Positions 23,946 to 36,700 of a stretch of DNA of 64,000 nt are shown here, piece after piece. The stretch comes from Macrostomum hystrix (lineage: Eukaryota > Animalia > Platyhelminthes). Both the position numbers and the translations under genes were made by a program. The notes beneath the pieces were generated by a model that worked only from the letters and a program-made list of their open reading frames with translations, had not been told where the DNA came from and ran no database searches. How positions within the stretch are numbered: position 1 is the first letter of the stretch; the number at the start of each line of letters is the position of its first letter. The stretch covers positions 6,262,001-6,326,000 of the forward strand of contig CATNEN010000025.1 of NCBI GenBank assembly GCA_950097015.1, written 5' to 3'.

Positions 23946-26900
23946 CATGGGCTTTAGCTTGGGATATGGATTAGGCCTGGGCTGTCATTTTTTATCTTTA
24001 CATTAATATCGATATATCAAGAAAGTGGTAGTAGCTGATCATAAATATTTATGAGATATTATGAGACTGATAATGACATTCGAGCTAACGTTTCTTAAGT
24101 AATTTACCGTAGATTTATTTTTTTATCTGACCATAAACTGACCATCTTTTACGTCATCGATAGTTTATTTGGTGATTTTAAGTCGTTTCGTGTTACTATA
24201 TAAAGTAGTGAACATTGTGTTTTACTTTGCAACTGATCAGTAACACCTTTTTGCTACGGAAAATTTCTACAGTTTCATTTTTTAATACCTCTCCGTCCGA
24301 AGTCTGTTTTAGTACAACTGTTGTTCTATTCTAACATGGCCACCTCAATTTAATTGTTTTTAGTGACTAAGGTCTTAGACCAAAAGAATTTTCTTATTTT
24401 TTGCACCAGTAGTGCCTTGTAGTAACTTTTAGAGATGAAAGTCGCCTTCTTGCTCTACAAACTCTACAAATCTAAACCGCACGTGAAGCTTGAAAGAATT
24501 ATCTGCCTGCCTGAAATAACCTTTGACTCTGTGATATTTTCTTGATTGACAAATATATATATCCAAAAAATTTTACATTTATATATTCGTCAGATCTATA
24601 TACTTTGACAGTTATTATTTTTAACGAACATGCCAAAATTCGAAAGATATGCAGCATCTGTTGATTTTCATTAAATTGCACAATAGCGACTGTCTCAACC
24701 TCAGAAAGTTACAGAATCTTGTAATAAATTCTTCGGTCTCAACTTAAGATATTTCACTGTTTCAGAAACACCCACTTGGCCACTTGCCACTTTTAGGGAG
24801 CTGCTTGGTTTAATTTATACAAAAAGGTATGAGCTTTGACATTTAAGTTGGCACTAATTTCATCATTCACTTGGAGGATAAATATCTCCCCAGTTTTCCG
24901 CTTTACTCGCTAGCTAGATAAAGGATATTGTAACGTTGGATTGAAGAGCCGCCATTATAACAAGGAGCACTAGAAGAAGAAGGACTGGACACTTGGTTTC
25001 TTAGAAAATGTAATAATTGCAGATTTTCACAAACAAGTAAATAACACAAGCGAAATAGAAACTTCGCATTAAAATGTTAATAACTTTCTATTGGAAGCAG
25101 ACCAAATTCTGTTCTTTTAATATAACTTGCAAAATATATTGCTTCAACGAATTTTAGAAAGCTTTATTCAGGAATCACTAATTGATCTTCTTTTATTTTC
25201 GTTTATTTATCATGAACACAATTTAGCAACCTTAGAAGCAGACATAAAATTCGCTTTACAATTAGTAAACGCAAAAGGTTTACTAAAACACTTATTGCAA
25301 CGTTCATTACAAACGTTAAAGTTATATATTTAATAAAAATATGTAACTTCACAACCTTAATACATACATAGTTTACCATGACTGTTTGTTTTAGCCAACA
25401 TTTGTAACATAGTTTTCCGGTGTGCAGCGTTTCTTTGAAATAGATAAATTTTTAACAGAACGGACCTATTCATGATGCATAATTGGCTTAGGTAGCTAGC
25501 ATAATTTAATACATATAAAAATATAATATATGCAAATTTGTGTAAACTTATATGGTTAGTCTACACCTGACCCGATAAGGATTATCTAGATTCTACACCA
25601 AAATTTCCATTTTCTTTGGCCTAGGCCTATGATAAGTAGGGCGGGGGCCTAGCTTTTTGTAGCTGGCTAATGATGTATATCGCATATTTTATTTTTCCGA
25701 TTTAGGGACAAAAAATAGTGAATAGAGCGTTTTCACATCGAAATTGTCACTGTCATTGTCAATATTGTCACTGAAATGACTGTCACTGAGATATCTTATC
25801 ACTGAAATAACATGGGAGCTGGGACCCTGAAAAGATAGGATCCTAGCTGACATAAATCAGGGTCCAGATCCTCAAATCTTAGATTCTTGAAATTTATCAG
25901 TGTGGGCTCAATCTCAATCTCTCAGTTTTAATTTTGCAAAGTAAAAGTAAAAAATAATCCATAATTTGTAAAATAATTAATGGATATAGTGAATATTAAA
26001 ACAATGTTATTAATTAATACAATGACAATAAGTAGGCTAATTAGCTATTGTATTGTTTAACATTCATAATTTTTTGGTGAAGCAACTTATTTTGAATTGA
26101 TTTCAAGATTTTAGTTTGTAACACTACTATGCAACATTTTTCTGTTGAAAATCAACTCTGCCAGTTGATCTAGGTCTTTCTTGCATGTAAGTCATTTCCT
26201 AAAGTTGTTGACTCTGGTACTCTTTTGACTTTTTTCTGACTTGAATTAGGACTTAAACTTCATTGTTTGAATTGACACGAGATCCTAGACTCCTTTAGTT
26301 TTTTCCTTCGTGTCTTTTGAGTCTTCACCATTCATTCTATCTTTAGAGTATAGGTTGTATAGTTGATTGGAGCCCATACCACTGCCACCATGAGACATTC
26401 TTTTAATAAACTAATAATAGAAAAGTCAGTTTGATAGGCTCCAAACTGAGCCTAAGTATAAAACATGCAATGTGCCAAGCAGCATTCAACTGATATATTT
26501 CTAGGACCAAATCATATAGGGTGGTACAAAAAGACCAACTTACATACATTCTATAATTTTAAGTTAGCATTTTGATCCAATAACCTTAATATTGGCTTTC
26601 TGTAATTGTTGATAAGAAATTTCTTGAAAATTTAAATTCTTCTCAATCTCTTATTGTATTTAAGTTTATAAACAATCATTATTTCAATGTATATCTATTT
26701 ATATTGCATCTATTTTATAGGGCCTTTATTTTATGATATCCACAATTTTTTTCTAGTACTATAACATTTATTTATTAAATACATTTTTCATGATCCTAAA
26801 GTTTCAGAATTATCTATAGCCATTGTAATGACTTAAGACTGAAGGCTGGCCAAGAATTGATTCACAAGATCGTAGCGAGCCAGTTGGAAGTTGCGGCTCG

Positions 26901-27126
26901 TTATATTATCACTCTGTTCTATTTGACCCTAGGGCTTAGGGCATGGCTGGGCCCCGCGGGCCAGCCACCTCAACCAGCACGCAAGCCACGCGTGACACTG
27001 GTAAACAACTCAGCTTGCACTAAGAACCGACAGACATAAACAATCGATGGTAGCAAAGCCATAATACAAAGTGGTGCAGAGTGAACGCATTGAATAACAT
27101 TCAAGAGTCCATTGAATAACATCACA

Positions 27127-27137
27127 TCTCCCCTCTG
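27127..27137 (-). promoter_or_regulatory. Polypurine tract AGAGGGGGAGA
   Basis: Directly abuts the 3' LTR. Confidence 0.9.
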
Positions 27138-27153
27138 AGTCAGTTTTCTCCCA

Positions 27154-30100
27154 TCACAGCTGCAGTCTCTCAGGTGGGCCACGAGCTCTCTGAGGGTACC
27201 GCCGGGGATTCGTGGCATCCCGACGCGCGTTGCTCTCTGGTCCGTCGGCGGGTTCAGGTGCCGCCTCACCGCTGGTGGCGCCGCTGGCGACAGTATCAGG
27301 AGTGGCGCGCGCACCGCCAGTTCCCAGGGTCGCGTCACCGCCGCCATCAGTCAGCGGCTGGCCGGCATCAGCGATGTCGAGGTCGAAGCCGTCAGCGCGG
27401 GCCGCAACCAGCTGATCCGCATGCCGCATGTGCTGACCGCGCTGTGAGTCGACGATGCAGTTGCGGCTGCCAGCGCCCTTGATGACGCCCTCCGCCCAGC
27501 GCGGCGTGTCGCCGGCTCTCGCACCGGCGCTGAAGTCGCGGAAGAGCACACGATCACCGGTTTGGAACTCACGCGCCGCCTTCCTGCTCGGTAGCAGCTG
27601 CTCCTGTCGCTGTCGCACGTCGTCGGCCAGTGACGGTGCCAGTAGATCCAGGCGGCATCGGAGCCGCCGGCCGATGAGTAGTTGGCTGGGAGCGACGCCA
27701 CTGACGCTGTGCGGCGTGTTGCGGTAGCCGAGCAGCAGTCGCTGGAGCTCGGCATCAGAATGACCGCTCTTGAGCAGATGCCGCTTTAGAACTTGGACGA
27801 AGCGCTCGGCTTGGCCATTCGTGGCAGGATGGAAAGGTGCCGAGAACACATGACGAATGCCATTGGCTCGGGTGAATTCGGCGAACTCGGCGGAGGCGAA
27901 CTGCGGCCCGTTGTCGGACACCAGCGTGCGCGGGATGCCTTGGCGGGCGAAGATCTCCCGCAGACTCACGATTGTGGCTGCCGCTGTGGTGCAGCGCATC
28001 CGCACGACCTCCGGCCACTTGCTGTGGGCGTCCACCACCACCAGGTACACATGACCGTCGACAGGCCCGGCGAAGTCGACATGCAGGCGCTCCCACGGCT
28101 GCACGGGCGCCTTTGGCGGGTCGGGCTGGTTGAGCTGACAGGTCCTGCAGGTCTTAGTAGCAGCCTCCAAATCGCCGTCGATTCCTGGCCACCAGACGTA
28201 GCTGCGAGCTAGGGCGCGCATTCTGCTGGTGCCTGGATGCGCCTGGTGGAGCTCTTGGATCACGTGATCGCGCAGCGCCGCTGGTACTACGACTCTGGCG
28301 CCCCACAACACGCAGCCTTGGTCAACCGACAGCTCCGTCTGCCGCCGGGCGTAGTCGCTCAACTCGGCGCCGATGGGCGCCCCAGTCTGCAGGCAGCGTA
28401 GCACGCGGCCCAGCGATGCGTCTGTCCGCGTGTGTCGCGCCACCGTCTGCGCCGTGACGGCCGATCCGGCCCCCTCGTCGAGTAGCAGCGAGTTGACGGC
28501 CGCCTCCTCCTCGAACAGCTGCGGCAGCGGCAGTCGCGAGAGCGAGTCGCAGTTAGCGTGCTTCTCCGTCGGCCGGAACTCGAGCGCATAGTCGTAGCTC
28601 GCCAGGCGGATGGCCCAGCGCTGCATGCGGGCGGCCGCATGCGCCGGGATGCCCTTGCGCTCGCCTAGCAGCCCCAGCAGCGGCAGATGGTCAGTGACGA
28701 TGGTGAAGCGGCGGCCATAGAGGAACTGGTGGAAGCGGTCCAGGCCGAACATGATGGCCAGCGCCTCCTTGTCCAGTTGCGAGTAGCCGCGCTGTGCCGT
28801 GGTCAGGCTCCGGCTAGCGAAGGCGACCGCGCAGTCCTTGTCGCCGATGCGGTGCGTCAGCACTACGCCAAGGCCGTAGGGAGAGGCGTCGCACTCCAAT
28901 CGCAGCGGCAGGTCCGGGCTGTAGTGCACGAGCACCGGGGACCGAAGCAGCAGCCGCTTTGCCTCGGCGAACGCTTGCTGCTGCGGCCGTTCCCAGGACC
29001 AGCGCGTGTTCTTGACCAGGAGCTGATTCAGCGGCGCCAGCACGGTGGATAGATTCGGCAGGAATTTGCCGTACTGCGCCAGCATTCCAAGAAACGAGCG
29101 CAGCTGGCTGACGTCCGTCGGGGCAGGTGCGTCCTGGACTGCGGCGACTCGGTCAGGCAGCGGGCTGAGGCCGTTTGCGTCGATGCGATGCCCAAGATAC
29201 TCGACCGAGTCCTTGAAGAACTGGCACTTGCTCTTGTTCAGGCGAAGGCCGGCGCCCTGCAGGCGTTGCAGAGCCAGCGCGAGATTCTTCTTGTGCTGCT
29301 GCAGAGTGCGGCCGGTGACCAGTATGTCGTCGACGAACACTTGGACGGCGTTCAGGTTTCCCAGCAGGGTGTCTAGCGTCCGCTGGAAGATTGCGCTGGC
29401 GCTCGAGATACCGAAAGGCAGGCGGTTGACTTGGAAAAGACCTCGCGGCGTGTTAATGGTGAGGAACGCCTTGCTGTCTTCGGCCAGCGGAAGCTGCAAG
29501 AAGGCGTTGGACAGGTCCAGCTTGGACCATTTGCAGCCGCCGCCGAGCTTCGCAAAGAGATCCTCGATCCGCGGCAGTGGATAGTGCTCCGGCCGGCTCG
29601 CCTGGTTGTAGGTCAGCTTGTAGTCGCCGCAGATCCGGACGCTGCCATCCTTCTTAACAACCGGTACGATCGGCGCTGCCCAGTAGCTGTGCTTGACGGC
29701 CGTGATGATCCCGCTGGCCTCCATGCGCTGAAGCTCGGCGTCAACACGCTCCCGAAGAGCGTAGGGGACCGGGCGGGCCTTGAAGAACTTCGGCTGCGCG
29801 TCATCGGAGACTTGCAACCGCACCTGACCGTGCCGAAACTCACCGAGGCCGTCTTCGAAGACTGGCGCGAACTCCTTGATGAGGTCACCGATGCTCTCGT
29901 CCGCGGAGACGGCGTGGACCTGCGCCATGATGCTCGGCCAGTCCAGCCGCAGCTTAGCCAGCCAGTCCCGTCCGAGCAGCGCCGATTCGCCCTGCGTGAC
30001 GACAAGCAGCGGGAGCTGCAGCTGCTGGCTATTGTGGTTGACGGTGACCACCGCCTGGCCGATGGGGCGAAATCGTTCGTCGGTGAAGGTGCGCAGGACG

Positions 30101-31134
30101 GCGGTTGATGGCTTCAGTGGGAGCTGCGGCAGAAGCCTCCGCTGCAAATTCTGCGGCAATAGAGTGACAGCGGAGCCGGTGTCGATGATGAACTGGCACT
30201 GGCGCCCGTTCACTTGTAGCTGCACCGTCGGTCCTAAGCTGCCACAGGGCGGCTGGACGGTGAAAATCGGCATCTGCGACGAGGCATCCGGTGACGAAGG
30301 CGAGGTTTCCTGCAGAAGCTGCAGCTTGGGCGAGCGGCAGACCTTGCGGATGTGGCCCGTCTTGCCGCATGAATGGCATTTGGCGTCTCGCAGCTTGCAG
30401 AGTTGACGGCTGTGGGCGCCACCACAGCTTGCGCAGGTTCCACCATTTCGGCCGTTGTCTCCGCCTTTGCCGGAGTTGCCGCTATTTCCGCCCTTGACGC
30501 TTCGTTGATGTGGAGAGTCGCCGCCGAGTGCAGCTGGAGTGGCACCTCGGCGCTGGCTCCGCTTGCCTCCATGCGTGCGCAACTGGGCGACGGCCGCCGT
30601 CGGCTTACTTGCCATCTCCTGCGAGGATCGCTCGGTTGACTCAAGGAGGAGCATTTTCTCCTGCAGCGATTTGAATGTGGGATTCACCTCCTCCAGGAGC
30701 TTCGCACGGAAGGCGTCGCTGTACAGTCCGAAGACAAGCTGGTCGCGCAGCCGCTCCTCCAATGAGTTCTGGAAGGCGCAATGAGCGGACAAGGCCTTCA
30801 AGCCAGCGACAAAGTCCGTGAAACTCTCGCCGGGTTGCTGCACGCGCCGCTGGAAACGAAATCGAGCTGCCAGCACTGAAGGCTTCGGTGCATAGTGGTC
30901 GCGCAGAATCTCAGACAGCTGGTCCAGCGTCTTGTCCGCTACCTTGTCAGGCTGGCACAGATTGCTTAGCACCGTGTAGGCCTCCGCGCCGATTGCTGTA
31001 ACAAGTGTGGCCACCTTCGCCTCCTCTTTCACATCTTTGCATGTGAAGTAGTGATCTAGTCTCTCCAGATATACATCGATATCTGTGTTAGCGGAGAGCA
31101 CGGGGATTCCACCTAGCGCGGAACTCGTCGCCAT
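27154..31134 (-). CDS. Gag-Pol polyprotein (gag, zinc knuckles, protease, RT, RNase H, integrase), 1326 aa
   Basis: Gag YLERLDHYF; CASCGGAHSRQLC and CHSCGKTGHIRKVC; protease IDTGS; RT LDLSNAF...PFG...FVDDIL; RNase H CDAS...DKEALAI...TDH; integrase HQAHPG...CRTC, HVDFAG, SDNG, NGQAER. Confidence 0.98.
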   Translation of the reverse strand: MATSSALGGIPVLSANTDIDVYLERLDHYFTCKDVKEEAKVATLVTAIGAEAYTVLSNLCQPDKVADKTLDQLSEILRDHYAPKPSVLAARFRFQRRVQQPGESFTDFVAGLKALSAHCAFQNSLEERLRDQLVFGLYSDAFRAKLLEEVNPTFKSLQEKMLLLESTERSSQEMASKPTAAVAQLRTHGGKRSQRRGATPAALGGDSPHQRSVKGGNSGNSGKGGDNGRNGGTCASCGGAHSRQLCKLRDAKCHSCGKTGHIRKVCRSPKLQLLQETSPSSPDASSQMPIFTVQPPCGSLGPTVQLQVNGRQCQFIIDTGSAVTLLPQNLQRRLLPQLPLKPSTAVLRTFTDERFRPIGQAVVTVNHNSQQLQLPLLVVTQGESALLGRDWLAKLRLDWPSIMAQVHAVSADESIGDLIKEFAPVFEDGLGEFRHGQVRLQVSDDAQPKFFKARPVPYALRERVDAELQRMEASGIITAVKHSYWAAPIVPVVKKDGSVRICGDYKLTYNQASRPEHYPLPRIEDLFAKLGGGCKWSKLDLSNAFLQLPLAEDSKAFLTINTPRGLFQVNRLPFGISSASAIFQRTLDTLLGNLNAVQVFVDDILVTGRTLQQHKKNLALALQRLQGAGLRLNKSKCQFFKDSVEYLGHRIDANGLSPLPDRVAAVQDAPAPTDVSQLRSFLGMLAQYGKFLPNLSTVLAPLNQLLVKNTRWSWERPQQQAFAEAKRLLLRSPVLVHYSPDLPLRLECDASPYGLGVVLTHRIGDKDCAVAFASRSLTTAQRGYSQLDKEALAIMFGLDRFHQFLYGRRFTIVTDHLPLLGLLGERKGIPAHAAARMQRWAIRLASYDYALEFRPTEKHANCDSLSRLPLPQLFEEEAAVNSLLLDEGAGSAVTAQTVARHTRTDASLGRVLRCLQTGAPIGAELSDYARRQTELSVDQGCVLWGARVVVPAALRDHVIQELHQAHPGTSRMRALARSYVWWPGIDGDLEAATKTCRTCQLNQPDPPKAPVQPWERLHVDFAGPVDGHVYLVVVDAHSKWPEVVRMRCTTAAATIVSLREIFARQGIPRTLVSDNGPQFASAEFAEFTRANGIRHVFSAPFHPATNGQAERFVQVLKRHLLKSGHSDAELQRLLLGYRNTPHSVSGVAPSQLLIGRRLRCRLDLLAPSLADDVRQRQEQLLPSRKAAREFQTGDRVLFRDFSAGARAGDTPRWAEGVIKGAGSRNCIVDSQRGQHMRHADQLVAARADGFDLDIADAGQPLTDGGGDATLGTGGARATPDTVASGATSGEAAPEPADGPESNARRDATNPRRYPQRARGPPERLQL
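31124..31133 (-). promoter_or_regulatory. Primer binding site TGGCGACGAG
   Basis: Lies 2 nt inside the 5' LTR and overlaps the gag ATG. Complementary to a tRNA 3' end CUCGUCGCCA (tRNA-Ser-GCU type, from memory). Confidence 0.85.
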
Positions 31135-31665
31135 TTGTAATGACTTAAGACTGAAGGCTGGCCAAGAATTGATTCACAAGATCGTAGCGAGCCAGTTGGA
31201 AGTTGCGGCTCGTTATATTATCGCTCTGTTCTATTTGACCCTAGGGCTTAGGGCACGGCTGGGCCCCGCGGGCCAGCCACCTCAACCAGCACGCAAGCCA
31301 CGCGTGACACTGGTAAACAACTCAGCTTGCACTAAGAACCGACAGACATAAACAATCGATGGTAGCAAAGCCATAATACAAAGTGGTGCAGAGTGAACGC
31401 ATTGAATAACATTCAAGAGTCCATTGAATAACATCACAGCCATCCTAACTCCTATACTTCATTACCCCCTTTAAATTTCAATATTTCATTTCTTGTTTTA
31501 ATGCCTTTGTTTATTTCAAAAATTTGTTTTTTTTTCAAATATTTTAATAACCTAAAATTACGCATGCTACTGTTTTCCTATCGCCTTCTCTTTAAAAAAT
31601 CGATTTGTTTAACCTCAAACATAAAATAAACAAAAAAATCTGCACCCAATCGGCATGCGCACCTC

Positions 31666-31733
<68 letters not shown>
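31666..31733. repeat. (AAT)n microsatellite
   Basis: About 22 perfect units. Confidence 0.97.
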
Positions 31734-31735
<2 letters not shown>

Positions 31736-32249
31736 TCTTTGATTTGCAAAAAGGGAAGTTTAAAAAATCTACATGCATAATGTAAGGGTCCCAGACCTTT
31801 TAGATTTTTAAGGCAAACAAATGATACTTAGCATTTTAAAAAAAAAACATTCAATAGAGAAAGCACCTAATGTAAATGAATGAAAAATAATATATAGCAT
31901 CAGCTACTATTAGATTATTAGACTGCATATGCTTCTTTAAGTTGCGGAGGCTTGACTAGTGCCCTGGAATTAAAATAGTCATTTTCGATGGCACTAGAAA
32001 CAGAACTACTGTTCTTCACAATCACTGCTGTTACTAAATGGTGCCATCATTATTAGCATATTTTTTATTTCTCTGGCTTGTCTATGACTTTAAATCCATA
32101 GCTTTGAGTTTATTGATTTATGATGAGTAATTAACTAATTAAATATCTGAAACAGCTTATATCTAAGCAGATAAGATTGAGAAAAAAAATTATAACTACC
32201 TAATTTTGATCCTGTTCATCATCAAGAACATCAAGCACAGTTATTGCTT

Positions 32250-32460
32250 GGTGCATCTGAGGGTTGTGTACAGCTGTTCAGTCCATGGACTAGAGGGTAT
32301 GCTACACCCACCCTCAATTACCAATCTAATAGCTGGGTGAACTAAAGCAAGGCTGAGTTGAGTGTCTTTCTTAAGGACATAAGTTTTTCCCATGGAGTCA
32401 AGAATCGAACCCCGACCTTCAAGTTGTGATGCCGACGCTCTAACCATTAAGCTACAACCC
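32250..32460 (-). mobile_element. SINE family 1 copy
   Basis: Minus-strand tRNA-like head (TGGTTAGAGCGTCGG...GGTTCGATTC) plus core and body matching 13362-13650. Confidence 0.8.
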
Positions 32461-33041
32461 CTTCTTTGTATGTATTAAACATTGTAAAGTCCATATGCTA
32501 TTAAATATAGTACTACACGTTTAACTATTGGTCGTATGCTCCAATGCATTTTTAAACATAACTTTTATACAGAAAGTTGAGTAGCAAAGCAATAATAAAT
32601 TGGCACAAACTGCCCCCCATCTCTCCATCGTGAGTCTGTCCCTCTCCAAGCATTGTACAATCGAGGCTTGTGTAGTCACAATTTCAGATAACAGAGCATG
32701 CTAACCTGGAAAGAGAGGCTCAGCTTTGAGTAGAAAAGCGAACAGATTTGAGAACCCTGCACTACAACCCCAACATTCAGAGCCCTATTGTACACGCGCC
32801 GCTTTTTTCTTCGTCTAAAGCTGCGAAGGCTTTTTCATTCATTGCCAGAGTGAGCTATTATTAGTGGGACCGCTTTTATTCTGCTATGCAGTAAATCTCT
32901 ATTAGCACTCTTCTTATCTTTTCTAATTTGAACAGACGATATTATCATTTGCAGCCTTTTTGTGCACTAAAACGACTGCTCAAATAGAAATAACTGGAGA
33001 CAAAGACTCGGCGTGATAGTTGAAATAATATCAGTTCCGAG

Positions 33042-33669
33042 ATGCTTGCCAGCAGCGATGCTGGCTACACTGCTGCGGTCGTCACTAACGGAGGCAGCGG
33101 CAGCGGCAGCAGCGGTGCCTCTGCTCCGAGAAGCTACGGCGGACATTCCATAGCCAGCAATGTGCAGCGATTGTGTCTGAAAATTCTCGAATCCTGCCAA
33201 CTGGCGCCGGACTCTCCGGAACTGCGGCGCCAAATTCAGTTCTGCTGTCGAGTCATCGACGCTCACGACACCGGCGAAGTGTTCACCGAGGCCGACATTG
33301 ACGACCAGCTGGGGCGGCGATTTCGCGAGGAGCATCGCGAACTGGACGTTGCCGCTTATAGAAATCTGCGCCGGTGTCTGCGAGAGGCTCGTTATTTTCG
33401 CAGGCCGGTTGAATTGCAACAGTTCCTATATCGCATGGCTTGCGAGGCTAACAACGGTTCTCAGCAGCAGCAGCCGATGCGGCTATTCACTAGGCGTCAG
33501 CCGCCACCTGTGCCGCCGCCACCGTCAGCCGTAGCTCAGCAGCAGCAGCAGCATCGACAACTTCAGCGCAGCGCCACCCAGCTGATGCCGACTGCGGCTA
33601 ACAGGTCTGCGACTTCAGCCGCCGCCGCAGCCGCCCGATCGAGATCTCCTGGCCCGGGGCTGTCTCTAG

Positions 33670-33701
<32 letters not shown>

Positions 33702-36700
33702 CCAAACGATGCCGGCCTGGTCAGGAGTGTCAGCGCTCGACAGTTGAATAACAACAGCAGTGCTGCCCAGCTGCGACAGCCGGCGAGTTGCACCGTCGGG
33801 GCTGGCGACCTGTCCGAACTGGATCTACTGCGCGAGCTGCTCTACTGTCTGCAGGGCATCGATGGCGGGGCGTTTCGATACGATCCCAATTTGCAGGCCT
33901 TTCAGCCTACTCAGCTGGTGAGCGATTATAATATTAATATGAGGGCTGCGGGCAATGGCACATTATTTGGTGATACTAGACCTGCAGCCAGCGAGGAGGC
34001 AATTCTTCCCTCCTGAGCACACACTCACACAGGTGTGTACATCTGCCCTGACTTTCTCGTCGTCCTCGGTGTGCCTTGGAGGTTGGCCCACAAGGGCGTA
34101 AATTGCACGACAAGCCCCAAGCCTTCTCTCCGCGGCTGCGCCCTAAATAAATGTGGCTCCACCGCGGAATCGAGCTCAGATACCATGGTGCGAAAGGGAA
34201 ACGCGTCTGCCACTCTACACCCCCCTGTTGAGCTGTAATATGTTTAATTCTCCTAGAATATCCCAGAATCCCATTAGAGTAATTGTTGGATTCCTAATGA
34301 TACAGATCCCCCAAATCCCATCTGCAGATTCTTCGATAAAAAATATAAAAATCCCTTCTTGGAACACTGCAAATCAAACTCCATATAAATTTCCCTAAAT
34401 CTCATATCTAGATTTAGGGATTTAAGAAGCTAAGGTTGTTAAACTCCAAAAATAACTTTCCCCAAATTCTTTGATTCCGATTCCAAAGATACCCCAAAAA
34501 ATAATCGAAAAAAATTACTCAAACTCTACACCAATCCTAAAATTCTACTCACCACCCGCTAAAAATAGGGATGTTTCTTTGGGTGATTCCAGTTGGAATC
34601 TGCGGTGTTTCCAGAAAAAGAAACAGCCGAACGCTGGAAACATACCAATCGGATGATTCCATGCTTAGAATCTACCCAACTGGGCGTTTTCTCGGTGCTT
34701 CTTGGTGGCGAAATGGAATCACCCAAAGAATCCTCCAGTTCGGAAGATTCCATGCTCAGAAACCGCCGAGGAATCGCCCGTAAATAATTCTCTGGTTGTC
34801 CCATGGGCCACTGGTTCGGGTGATTCTTCGGCGGTTTCCGCACAATTTACGGTTACATCGGCTGCTTCCTGGGTGGTTTCTCTAACTCTTGCGAGATAGG
34901 GGGGATTTTGGTAGATTCCACTCCTATTTTGCACAAAAACCCGCCGAAGAAGCAGCCGATTTTTTTACAGGGCATATGGGGGGGTGAGTAACGGAGCGGT
35001 TAATGCGTTTGCCTCTCGCGCCAAGGTCCCTGAGCTCGATCGGCGGCGAGGCCACACTCATTCACGGTATCTGTGTGCGTGGGGTGTGCTCAATAGTCAG
35101 CGGAATTGGTAGATTTACCTCCTCGCTGGCAGTGGGTCTACTGTCACCAAATGATGTGCCATTGCCCACAGCCCTCCTGCGACTCGTATGAAATCCCTTT
35201 CCCCAAGATTTCCCTATCCCAGATCCCCAATTCGAATCCTCAAACCTTCCTCCCTAATGCAGGTCCGCCTGCAGCCGTCCACTCTGAAGTCGGCGATGTG
35301 GATAGCCGAGTGCGGCTGGCTGCACCGCAAGGTCAAGCTGTTTGTTGAAGCGAAAAAATCAGAGCGCACATTCGGCTGCCTCGGCCAGAGCTTCTGCGCC
35401 GCTCTGCACGCCCAGCTGCGCAGATTCTGCGAACTGTTGGCCGCCATCGAGTCCCAGCTAGCCGGGCTGGAGGATTCGGCCGATCCGGCCGTCTGCGAGC
35501 CCTCCGGCATGACGCTGAGACGCCTGGCCGTGTGGGTAGCCGAGCCTCATCAGCGGCTTCGCGTACTAGCCGGTCTAGTCGACGCCTGTCGGACTAAGAA
35601 AGGCGGCGCCCTTGTGTCAGAGATCTACGCCTGGAGATTTCACGGCAATCCGGAGATTGAGGCCACTGTTGCTCATCTGCTAACCGAGGTTGCTAAGCCG
35701 CTGTTTCACACCATCTGCCGTTGGATACTAGACGGCGAGCTAGAAGACACCTGCCAAGAATTCTTTGTGGCCGCCAATCCCACTGTGGGCGCCGATCGTC
35801 TATGGCAGAGCAAGTACACGCTTAGGAAGAACATGATACCTAAGTGAGTCGCTTGGCTGTTTGTTTTGATGTACATTCTCCAGTCCCGAGTGTCAGCGAT
35901 CAGCATCCCAGATTATCCCAGAACCCCATCCCAGATCCCCAGTTTGAGCATTCACTATCATCCTAGATCCTCAGTTTGAACATTCACCATCATCCCAGAT
36001 CCCCAGTTTGAGCATTCACCATCATCCTAGATCACCAGTTTGAGCATTCACCATCATCCTAGATCCCCAGTTTAAGCATTCACCAGCATCCCAGATCCTC
36101 AGTTTGAGCATTCACCATCATCGCAGATCCCCAGTTTAAGCATTCACCATTATCCCAGATGCCCAGTTTGAGCATTACCCATCATCCCAGATCCCCAGTT
36201 TAAGCATTCACAAGCATCCAAGATCCTCAGTTTGAGCATTCTCTATCATCCCAGATCCCCAGTTGGAGCATTCACCAGCATCCCAGATCCTCAGTTTGAG
36301 TATCCGGATCTTCGTTCAGAATTTTTTTTTCCAGAATGGTTTTCTAAGTACCAGTTGAATGTTGCCATTTCTACTGCAAGTAGTCAAGCTTGTTGTCGCA
36401 AAAATTTACCGCAGATTCGTGACAGCCGAACAGGCCAGAAAGATTCTCCTAACCGGCAAGGCTATTAACTTTCTCCGCCTGGTCTGCGGCGAACGCCGGC
36501 CGCAGAGTCTACGCTCGAGTTCAACTGGGGCAACAACAACAACTGTCGCCCTGCCGTCAGCTCACGCCATGCTCAGCCAGACTTTGGACCCCAGCTTCGA
36601 TCGCATGGTGTCTGACACCTATAGGGATGCTAGCCAGCACCTGCTTCGCATCCTATTCACCAAGTATCACTTCATTGATCATTTAAAGGCGCTAAGGCGC

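Larger units (their letters stand above)
26824..31438 (-). mobile_element. Intact Ty3/Gypsy (Mag-type) LTR retrotransposon, 4615 bp
   Basis: LTRs 26824-27126 and 31136-31438 (303 bp each, TG...CA), only 2 mismatches seen. TSD GCCAT at 26819-26823 and 31439-31443. PBS, PPT and a single gag-pol ORF are present. Confidence 0.98.

Noticed and set aside
27174-30784. Many antisense and alternate-frame ORFs over the Gypsy element and over GC-rich exons
   Set aside because: Expected shadow ORFs in GC-rich coding DNA, with no recognisable motifs.
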